Source of the DNA: Squalus acanthias
Lineage: Eukaryota
DNA length: 64,000 bases
NCBI GenBank assembly: GCA_030390025.1
Contig: JASTWF010000337.1
Coordinates: 186,001 to 250,000, forward strand
Direction of reading: 5' to 3'
Positions 1-8,859 of the stretch are shown here, in pieces. Made by a program: the position numbers and the translations under genes. The stretch's first letter is position 1. The number at the start of each line of letters is the position of its first letter. A model generated the notes under the pieces. It was not told the origin of the DNA. It worked only from the letters and a program-made list of their open reading frames with translations, and did no database searches.

Positions 1-290
1 GTGTGTTTGGGACAGGTTTGTTTGGGACAGGTGGGTTTGGGACAGGTTTGTTTGGGACAGATGTGTTTGGGACAGGTTTGTTTGGGACAGGTGTGTTTGG
101 GACAGGTTTGTTTGGGACAGGTGTGTTTGGGACAGGTTTGTTTGGGACAGGTGTGTTTGGGACAGGTGTGTTTGGGACAGGTTTGTTTGGGACAGGTGTG
201 TTTGGACAGGTGTGTTTGGGACAGGTGTGTTTGGGACAGGTTTGTTTGGGACAGGTGTGTTTGGGACAGGTTTGTTAGGGACAGGTGTGT
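1..290. repeat. 15-bp minisatellite GT(G/T)TGTTTGGGACAG, about 19 copies, runs off the left edge
   Basis: Directly visible tandem array; alternating GTG/GTT variants give a 30-bp dimer over part of it. Confidence 0.97.
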
Positions 291-1215
291 TGAGAGCTGT
301 TTCTCTGTTTCAGTTACTGACCCTTATCTTTTTGAAACTGCTGTCATCAGCTTCCACCTCAAAAATAAATTGTTAACATTTCTGTCCTCTCCAACTGCCA
401 CCCCATCTCCAACCTTCCTTTTCTCGCCATGTTTTGCTGCGTGCCAGATTCCTCTCTCCAAATTCCCTGTTTGGTTCCCTCCAGCCTTGCTTTCAGCTGA
501 CTCACAGCAGCAAATCCTCCTCCTCCAACCTCGCACCTCCATCACCCAGCTCCACCGAGTGCCCGTGATTGCTGCCACTCCTGTGGATCCTCCTGTAACG
601 GCTTCTCTTCCCACATCGGCACCTCTGCAATCCACAGGATCTTTACTTGGCCTCTCATTTCCCCCATGAACACGCAGGCTTTCGGCCCTTATTTGCATAT
701 TCGGCCCAATTTCTAGGTTACTATTTCAAAGCCTCTTTCTCCTCTGATATATTTGCTCACTATCTGTTTCAGCTCATTGTTCTGCTTCTCCGCCGACATT
801 GAGGAGCAACAGCTGGGCCCCTTCGCTCTGCAGGCCAGTGGGACTGACAGAGTTGCCCTCCATCTGATAAGATCAGCTGAATTAGTTGCCAGAATCACAC
901 ACGGTGTAGGTGGACAAGTACTCCCTGAAATCTATAAAACAAAGGGCAGCAAGACATGAAAGTTTCAGAAAGATAAGCCCATTTTATAGGATTGAGTGCT
1001 CGCTGTGGCCAGACCATAATTACATAAAGGCGGCCCATCAGGGCAGGAGCGACCGTGGGCAGCCCTCAGGACAGCTCCTCCTGGCTCCACATGAAGGGTT
1101 GTTACACCAGGAAACCCTCCCCGGTTAGGGCCCATGTAGCCTGGAGCAGGCCCAGCTCCCACTCCCACTCCCACAACACTCAGGGTGCTCGGTGTTTCGG
1201 CAGCGCTTGATTCCA

Positions 1216-1558
1216 TCTCCCTCTCCCTCTGTATTTCTCTCTCTATTTCTTTTGCTCTCTGTCTCTCAGCCTGTTTCGCTCTCTCTGTCCTGTCTCTCAA
1301 AGTCTGGCTCCACCTGCACTTTCTGTCTTTCTCTTTCTCAATCTCTCTTTCTCCTTTGTCTCTTTTCTCCCCATTTCTCTTTCTGTCTGTTTCCCTCTCT
1401 TTATCTCTCTCTGTGCCTCAATTTGTTCATGCTGCTGTCTTTCTCAGTTGGTCTCTCTCTGTCTCAGTCGGTCTTGCTCTTCTCTGTCTCTCTCTCACTC
1501 GTCCTTTCTGTTTTTTTCTCTGTAAACATAGACAGAGACAGAGAGATGGAGACAGAGA
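1216..1558. repeat. CT-rich degenerate microsatellite, switching to GA-rich just before the gap
   Basis: Low-complexity (CT/CTGT)n to ~1520, then (GA/GACA)n at 1529-1558. Confidence 0.9.
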
Positions 1559-2058
1559 NNNNNNNNNNNNNNNNNNNNNNNNNNNNNNNNNNNNNNNNNN
1601 NNNNNNNNNNNNNNNNNNNNNNNNNNNNNNNNNNNNNNNNNNNNNNNNNNNNNNNNNNNNNNNNNNNNNNNNNNNNNNNNNNNNNNNNNNNNNNNNNNNN
1701 NNNNNNNNNNNNNNNNNNNNNNNNNNNNNNNNNNNNNNNNNNNNNNNNNNNNNNNNNNNNNNNNNNNNNNNNNNNNNNNNNNNNNNNNNNNNNNNNNNNN
1801 NNNNNNNNNNNNNNNNNNNNNNNNNNNNNNNNNNNNNNNNNNNNNNNNNNNNNNNNNNNNNNNNNNNNNNNNNNNNNNNNNNNNNNNNNNNNNNNNNNNN
1901 NNNNNNNNNNNNNNNNNNNNNNNNNNNNNNNNNNNNNNNNNNNNNNNNNNNNNNNNNNNNNNNNNNNNNNNNNNNNNNNNNNNNNNNNNNNNNNNNNNNN
2001 NNNNNNNNNNNNNNNNNNNNNNNNNNNNNNNNNNNNNNNNNNNNNNNNNNNNNNNNNN
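1559..2058. other. Assembly gap (exactly 500 N)
   Basis: The round-number N run indicates a scaffolding placeholder; true distance and adjacency across it are unknown. Confidence 0.99.
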
Positions 2059-2155
2059 GGTGAGTGTGGGGGTGTAGAGGGAGAGTGTGGAGGAGGAGAG
2101 GGAGGAGAGGGAGAGTGTGGGGGTGGAGAGGGAGGAGAGGGAGAGTGTGGGGGTG
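2059..2155. repeat. G/A-rich low-complexity tandem repeat (GAGGGAGAGTGTGGGGGTG-like units)
   Basis: Visible repetition directly after the gap. Confidence 0.85.
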
Positions 2156-2164
2156 CCCAGCGTT

Positions 2165-2279
2165 AACATAGAAACATAGAATCTAGGAGCAGGAGTAGGC
2201 CATTCGGCCCGTCGAGCCTGCTCCACCATTCAATACGATCATGGCTGATCATCCAAATCCAGTACCCTGTCCCTGCTTT
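2165..2279 (-). mobile_element. 3' end of a CR1-type LINE (or a SINE sharing its tail): last ORF2 codons, 3'UTR and (CTATGTTT)n tail
   Basis: The reverse complement matches the 3' ends of the CR1 copies at ~11357-11470 and ~17160-17272 (AAAGCAGGGACAGGGTACTG...GATCAGCCATGATC...GGCCGAATGGCC..CTCCTGCTCCTA..TTCTATGTTTCTATGTT). Confidence 0.9.
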
Positions 2280-2580
2280 AATCCCCACAGTACACATATC
2301 CCACCCTACCCCCGTAACCCCACATATTTAATTCCCCCTAACAAGTTAGGATATGATTTGCGTGGGTGAAGCTGGTTTTAACCCCTTGTGTCTAATGGAT
2401 AGTTATGTGTAGGTAGGTGTGGTGTGTAGGTGGGTGTGTCGTGTAGGTGGGTGTGATGTGAGAGTAGATATAGTGTATCGGTACGGTCGGTAGGTACGGT
2501 GGGTGGCTGGGTTCAGTGGATATGGTGGGAAGGTGGGTGTGGTGTATTCAGTGAGGTATAAAGTAACAATTAAATAGTGA

Positions 2581-2602
2581 TGATTATTCTGTTTCTTTTC
2601 AG
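2581..2602 (+). promoter_or_regulatory. Probable splice acceptor of the Kir2 coding exon (exon would begin at 2603)
   Basis: Pyrimidine tract TTCTGTTTCTTTTC followed by AG, 109 nt upstream of the ORF. Kir2 genes typically have one coding exon preceded by non-coding exon(s). Confidence 0.7.
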
Positions 2603-2711
2603 GAAATGGAGTCTGGGTGATAGTGCATGGCTGGTCTGACTGTGTGAGGTATTTGCGGAGTATTGGCAGCCTCTTCAAAAACTTGCCACCCAGCTTTGTC
2701 TCCAAAGACTC

Positions 2712-3989
2712 ATGCTAGCCGCAGCGATGGGTACAGTGCGGGTCAACCACTACAACGTTGTGTCTTCAGACAAAGATGGCGTCACACTCAGCACTTTGTC
2801 AGCGGCCAATGACCATGGAAACGGCAAGGTCCAAACGCACCGCAAATGCCGCAACCGTTTTGTAAAGAAGAATGGTCAATGTAACATCTACTTCACCAAC
2901 ATGAGCGACAAGTCACAGAGGTACTTGGCTGATATCTTCACGACATGCGTAGATACCCGCTGGAGATACATGCTCATGATCTTCTCCACTGCTTTCCTGA
3001 TTTCCTGGTTGGCCTTTGGCTTTGCATTCTGGTTTATTGCCATGATGCACGGGGATCTGGACAAAGGAAGGCGCGATGAAAACTTCAAACCATGCATCAT
3101 GCAAGTTAATGGCTTTGTAACAGCCTTTCTCTTTTCCATTGAGACACAGACCACCATTGGTTATGGCTTCCGTTGCGTCACTGAGGAATGCCCAGCTGCT
3201 ATTTTCATGGTCGTCTTCCAATCCATTATTGGGTGCATCATTGACTCTTTCATGATTGGCACCATAATGGCAAAGATGGCGCGGCCAAAGAAAAGGGCCC
3301 AAACACTTTTGTTCAGTCACAATGCTGTAATATCGATAAGAGATGGCAAGTTATGCCTGATGTGGCGAGTAGGTAATCTCAGAAAAAGTCATATTGTGGA
3401 AGCTCATGTCAGGGCCCAGCTGATTAAACCTTATGTCACAACAGAAGGGGAATACCTCCCTTTGGATCAGAAAGACCTTAATGTTGGTTACGATGTTGGA
3501 TTAGACCGTATCTTTCTTGTGTCCCCTATAATTATAGTCCACGAGATTGATGAGGAGAGTCCCCTTTATGGGATAAGTAAGCAAGATCTGGAGACTGCAG
3601 ATTTTGAGATAGTCGTCATCCTGGAAGGAATGGTTGAAGCCACAGCAATGACAACACAAGCACGAAGCTCATACTTGGCCAATGAAATTCTCTGGAGCCA
3701 CCGGTTTGAACCAGTGCTCTTTGAGGAGAAGACCCACTACAAGGTGGATTATTCACGGTTCCATAAGACCTATGAAGTGCCCACGACACCGAGGTGCAGT
3801 GCCAAAGAGCTGGTAGACAATACATTTTCACTGGTGCCGGTCAACAATTCCTTTTGTTACGAGAACGAGCTTGCACTGTTGAGTCAGGAGGAGGAGGAGG
3901 AGGAGGTAGACAACCACTTGGAGTTTGACCGGCTGCAAGCTACTATCCCATTGGACACTCTCTCTTACCGAAGGGAATCTGAAATTTAA
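2712..3989 (+). CDS. KCNJ4: Inward-rectifier potassium channel, Kir2 family, most like Kir2.3; intronless, 425 aa (420 aa from the second ATG at 2727)
   Basis: Selectivity filter [11 protein letters not shown]2 rectification Asp (GCIIDSF), PIP2 motif RPKKR, ER-export motif FCYENE, C-terminal PDZ ligand RRESEI. Kir2.3-type segments: [69 protein letters not shown], and [16 protein letters not shown]. Family call is secure; the paralogue call rests on recalled sequences and needs a phylogeny. Confidence 0.88.
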   Translation: MLAAAMGTVRVNHYNVVSSDKDGVTLSTLSAANDHGNGKVQTHRKCRNRFVKKNGQCNIYFTNMSDKSQRYLADIFTTCVDTRWRYMLMIFSTAFLISWLAFGFAFWFIAMMHGDLDKGRRDENFKPCIMQVNGFVTAFLFSIETQTTIGYGFRCVTEECPAAIFMVVFQSIIGCIIDSFMIGTIMAKMARPKKRAQTLLFSHNAVISIRDGKLCLMWRVGNLRKSHIVEAHVRAQLIKPYVTTEGEYLPLDQKDLNVGYDVGLDRIFLVSPIIIVHEIDEESPLYGISKQDLETADFEIVVILEGMVEATAMTTQARSSYLANEILWSHRFEPVLFEEKTHYKVDYSRFHKTYEVPTTPRCSAKELVDNTFSLVPVNNSFCYENELALLSQEEEEEEVDNHLEFDRLQATIPLDTLSYRRESEI

Positions 3990-4046
3990 TCTCACAGATG
4001 CCATTACTGATGGTTTTTAATAACTTAGATGCTACGCAGGGTTTGA

Positions 4047-4052
4047 AATAAA
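4047..4052 (+). terminator. Candidate polyadenylation signal AATAAA
   Basis: Canonical hexamer 58 nt after the stop, followed by a GT-rich stretch (GTGTTGTG, ~4071). Further ATTAAA hexamers lie at ~4371 and ~4760, so actual usage is unknown. Confidence 0.4.
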
Positions 4053-4800
4053 ACACTGGCCAATCATTGAGTGTTGTGACCTGCTGTCACTCCCTATGCA
4101 TTGAGCAGTTACTTTAATAGTCAATACTCCAAGTGCAGTGAGAGCGGCAGTGATGTTTTGAGGTCAGGGCTGATCCTTGCTTTCCCACCAGTTTGGATCC
4201 ATTGTTGAGAAAGGTTCACGATGTGAGTCCAGCATTCCCTTCAGAAACACTGCAGAACCGTTTTGTACATTCGCTCCTGCTGTCTGTTACAGATAAACCT
4301 TCAAACGTCAGCCCCAGAGAGCATTTCCGCACTCAATAGATTATTTAAATAAGATGACAAACTTGTTTTAATTAAAAACCTTTATAGGATATATGAAGGT
4401 TTCTTTTCTGTTCTTGCTTTGTAAACAGTATAACCAAATGATGCAGCCTGGCTGCTCCCATTTAATCTTGGGAATTAACCTTTCCAAGATCAAAGTTGCT
4501 TAAAAGCAGGGTGACTCAGTGAGAGTGTTCCCTGCAGAGGGACCAGTGACCTGACCCATTGTTCTGATGTCTGGTGGGAATGTACAGCCCAGCGATAACT
4601 CATGTCAAACCTCCTGCCCAAATGATGTTCATCCCTCAAGCTCCTTCCTCAGTGTTTAGAATGCAACTATGTAAAAGTTAGGTTTAACATTTACTTTGTC
4701 TTTCATTTTTTAATAATTCTGAAACCCTTTATCTGCCTGATATATTAGAATTACACTTTATTAAATGTGACAGAATCCCACTAGACTGAAACAGCAGCCA

Positions 4801-5283
4801 TTGGATCTCAAAAATCACCTCCTTGGGTCTCAAAAGTCACCTCCTTGGATCTCAAAGGTCACCTCCTTGGATCTCAAAGGTCACCTCATTGGATCTCAAA
4901 GGTCACCTCCTTGGTTCTCAAAGGTCACCTCCTTGGATCTCAAAGGTCACCTCCTTGGGTCTCAAAGGTCACCTCCTTGGATCTCAAAGGTCACCTCCTT
5001 GGATCTCAAAGGTCACCTCCTTGGATCTCAAAGGTCACCTCCTTGGATCTCAAAGGTCACCTCCTTGGGCCTCAAAGGTCACCTCCTTGGATCTCAAAGG
5101 TCACCTCCTTGGATCTCAAAGGTCACCTCCTTGGATCTCAAAGGTCACCTCCTTGGGTCTCAAAGGTCACCTCCTTGGATCTCAAAGGTCACCTCCTTGG
5201 GTCTCAAAGGTCACCTCCTTGGATCTCAAAGGTCACCTCCTTGGATCTCAAAGGTCACCTCCTTGGATCTCAAAGGTCACCTC
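4801..5283. repeat. 22-bp minisatellite TTGGATCTCAAAGGTCACCTCC, about 22 copies
   Basis: Near-perfect tandem array; degenerate only in the first two units and at one variable position (GGA/GGG). Confidence 0.98.
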
Positions 5284-5574
5284 AGGAACTCCTCCACTTC
5301 ATTTCAATTGTACATTTCTATGGAAATGCCAGATCTTGGTTTTTCTCCCATTTCCAGCTGTTTGCAATGATTCCATTCTCTTTATCTTATTATATATTTT
5401 GTTCTGTTTAATGCCCAATCGCACACCTTCACCTCACCTCATCTTTCTACTGCTCACCAAATAGACAGTGAAACCTTGGGCTCTGTCACACACTGCACCG
5501 TTCAATTTCCAGGTGGATTTCCAATCATCCGCCAAAGCATTGGTAGCTGATCTGTGGAATGAGCGGACATGGCG

Positions 5575-6272
5575 GGAATGACATGACACCAGGAATGACC
5601 GGACACCGGGAATGACTGGACACCATGAATGACCGGACCCACTGGGAATGACCGGACACCAGGAATGACCTGACACACCGGGAATGACCGGACACCAGGA
5701 ATGACCGGACCCACCGGGAATGACCGGACACCAGGAATGACCTGACACACCGGGAATGACCGGACACACAGGAATGACCTGACACACCGGGAATGACCAG
5801 ACACCAGGAATGACCTGACACACCGGGAATGACCGGACACCAGGAATGACCTGACACACCAGGAATGACCGGACACACTGGGAATGACCGGACACCAGGA
5901 ATGACCTGACACACCAGGAATGACCGGACACCAGGAATAACCTGACACACCGGGAATGACCGGACACCAGGAATGACCTGACAGCAGGAATGACCTGACA
6001 CACCAGGAATGAGCATACACCCGGGGAATGATCGGACACACCGGGAATGACCGGACACACTGGGAATGACCGGACACACTGGGAATGACCGGACACACTG
6101 GGAATGACTGGACACCGGGAATGACCAGACACCCCGGGAATGACCGGACACACCGGGAATGACCGGACACCGGGAATGACCAGACACCCTGGGAATGACC
6201 GGACACACTGGGAATGACCGGACACACTGGGAATGACCGGACACATCGGGAATGACCGGACAGACCAGGAAT
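5575..6272. repeat. 17/19-bp minisatellite GGAATGACC(G/T)GACAC(AC)C(A/G)
   Basis: Tandem units differing by one CA dinucleotide; 17+19 alternation gives a 36-bp dimer over part of the array. Confidence 0.96.
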
Positions 6273-6868
6273 GGGACATGGCGAGAATGACGTTCATGCT
6301 GTTTCACTGGGGTTTCTGTGGATCTTTGCCACTGCGAGATCTATCACTATCACTTTCTCTTTCACGATTGCTTTTCCTATTTCATTGACTTTGCAGCATA
6401 ATTCTCTTGGATGTTTTCAGGGGAGATTGTGTTGGGTTTTCTGATTTATTTAAAATGGACGGAATATAAATTTTATGTATTTGGATCAAGTTCTTCTACC
6501 AAGGGATTGGAGACTTGTGTCTCTGTTGGAAGGGCCTGGGACAGTTTGAGGAGTTCTGCCTGCTTCTGCTTCTCTGTGATGGCTGTTTAACTTCCGTCTT
6601 ACAACTTTCAGTATCGCACCCACTAGCTGCTGTCAGCCACATTGATGGGCAGGAAAAGGTGGGTTTATTTCCACCACAAGTGGGTTGGACCAGATTTCTG
6701 ATTGGCCCCCTTGGAGGACAAGACACACCCAACAGTTTGTCTGCAATGTGTAATTTGATCCAGTCATTGTCACAGGCAAGTTCCAGAGTTCACAATGCTA
6801 ACACTACTGATTTCAGAGAACAGACAGGGCTCACACTTCAGGTTAGGAGCACGCACAGCACTCACAAT

Positions 6869-6990
6869 GAGATCGATAGATTTTTGTTAGGTAAGGGTAA
6901 AAAGGGATATTGCGTTAAGGCGGGTAAATGGAGTTGAGATACAGATCAGCCATGATCTGTTTGAATAGCGGAATAGGCTCGAGAGGCTGA
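6869..6990 (+). mobile_element. CR1 LINE 3'-end fragment (diverged subfamily)
   Basis: Encodes EIDRFLLGKGKKGY..KAGKWS*, followed by GATCAGCCATGATC...GGCTCGAGAGGCTGA, homologous to the other CR1 3'UTRs in the window. Confidence 0.85.
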
Positions 6991-7205
6991 CTTTCATCAA
7001 CCCTCTTTATTACTTCATCAAATAACTCAATCAGGTTAGTCAAAAACTTTAACAAATCCGTGCTGGCTGTCCCTTATTAACCCATGCTTCTGCAAGTGAG
7101 AAATAATTTTGTCCTTGACAATGGTTGCCAGTAGTTTTCCCACTACTGATGCTAGACTGATTGTACTGTTGTTACCAGGTTTATCCCTCTCTCCTTTTCG
7201 AAAAC
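6991..7205 (-). mobile_element. CR1 LINE internal reverse-transcriptase fragment
   Basis: Minus-strand translation RKGERDKPGN..ISLASVVGKLL..IVKDKI..HL...LIRDSQHGFVK matches ORF2 of the longer copies. Confidence 0.85.
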
Positions 7206-7345
7206 CGGAACTACCCACACTGTTGCTAATCACTCTGTCAAACTAAACCCTCTGGGTGAGAGCAAAGGTGACTGATGGGGCATTGTGTGTGGGTCACAGG
7301 TTTATTGGCTAGAAAGTGTGGGGGTGGGGGGTGGTCATCTTTTAC

Positions 7346-7915
7346 AATGGCCCAAAAATTAGTGAGGGAGCCTTCGTGCGGGGGTAAGGCTTCCCCGCGA
7401 TATCTCACTGCGCGCCGGCTTTTTCATTCCGAGCTCGCACGAACTTGATTTTCTAGACAGCAGCTGGGCAGTGCTTGCGTATCCCACAGGCGCAGTTAAT
7501 TCTAAATTAACCACTTTAAACAAAAAATTAAATTTTTGAAAAAATTTAAAATCTTTTAAAAGTTAGAAAAATAAACTTACCTTTCTTTAAAGTCTCTAAA
7601 AAAGATATACCTGTTGAAAAAAATTCAAAATAATACTTAATTAACTACTTACCTTGTTAAAAGAGGGTCTTACGCCTCCTTTCTTTATGTGCAAAATCTT
7701 CCATGCTTACCTGCGCGTTCAAAGCACTAAGTGCACTGCGTGCGCGCAGCCTGTAGCGCGCACGCGGTTCACCTAGGAACCGCCCCCTTTTGAAATCACC
7801 AAGTGCCGGTTTTCAGCGCATGCGCAGTGCATGCAGAAAACCGGCAATTGGAGACAGAATACGCGAGAGTACACAGTGCGTACTCTCGCGTAGAGGCACT
7901 AATTTTTGGGCCATT
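7346..7915. mobile_element. Non-autonomous DNA transposon / MITE-like element, ~570 bp
   Basis: Perfect 19-bp terminal inverted repeat AATGGCCCAAAAATTAGTG (7346-7364) / CACTAATTTTTGGGCCATT (7897-7915). No ORF; CpG-rich subterminal regions, AT-rich core, several internal hairpins. Confidence 0.75.
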
Positions 7916-8159
7916 ATGAAGTGAATAGTGACAGTGTCATGACTTCCAGATTTCGTCCAGTCCAATGATATCACTTGCTGCAAACATGCCTGGCTTTCAA
8001 AGAGGGGGAAGGAGAGGGAGAATGTGGTGCAGGTGGAAAGGGGGTGGGGGTGAAAGAACGTGATCTAGGTCGAACAGAGGTGATGGAGAGCGTGATCTGC
8101 CTTCCCATCTGGATCACGCTCTCGCTCTCGTCCCCCCCTTTAGACCTGGATCACGTTCT

Positions 8160-8475
8160 TCCCCCCTCCCCACTGTTCTCTCCATGCTCCCCCACCACGG
8201 GCTCCTGACCTTCTACCCCCGATTCCCTCTCCCCCCCAGAGATCCTGACCTTCTGCCCCCGATTCCCTCTCCCCCCCCGCCCGAGAGCCTGACCTTCTAC
8301 CCCCCGAATCTGCCCCCCCCCGATTCCCTCTTCTCCCTCCCTCCGAGATCCTGACCTTCTGCCCCCGATTCCCTCTCCCCCCCCGCCCGAAAGCCTGACC
8401 TTCTACCCCTGGATTCTCTCCCCCCCACCCCCGATTCCCTCTCTTCTTCCTGCTCCGAACGCCTGACCTTCTGGG
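8160..8475. repeat. C-rich imperfect tandem repeat (~40-60 bp units, core CCTGACCTTCT(A/G)CCCCCGATTCCCTCTCCCCC)
   Basis: About six visible copies of the CCTGACCTTCT core separated by variable C-runs. Confidence 0.85.
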
Positions 8476-8859
8476 CTCTAGGCCAAAAATAGCTGGCAAC
8501 AGGGAGGAAGCGTGGTTCAGGCAGCAGGCCTCCAGCTAGGTGCATGCGTGATCGATTATCGGTTGTGCATGTGTGACTCCAGTGGGGGGGCAGGACGGTG
8601 TTTAGGTTCTCCACCCTCCCCACCCCCTCCATACAGATGCACATGCAGAAAATGACTCAAACTTCTTCATGGCAGCAATCACTCCTGGAAAAAGAGAAGC
8701 TACTCAAGCCTGCCCCTCACCATGATGGCCAGAGCATCAGGACTAAACACTTCCTCCCCCAGCTCCGGCCACTCCAGAGAGAAAACATTAGTGGGAGTTC
8801 TATACAGACCCCCAAACAGTAATGCTGAGGTTGGGGATGGCATTAAACAGGAAATTAGA

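Noticed and set aside
1..290. Telomeric repeat
   Set aside because: The unit is 15 bp containing TTTGGG, not (TTAGGG)n.
2888..3831. Antisense ORFs over the channel CDS (and similar ones over the LINE ORFs)
   Set aside because: Shadow frames of real coding sequence with no recognisable motifs.
1..6307. ORFs at 1-669, 3-278, 1185-2229, 4801-5464 and 5434-6307
   Set aside because: Translations of minisatellites, microsatellites or the N gap; open in several frames at once.
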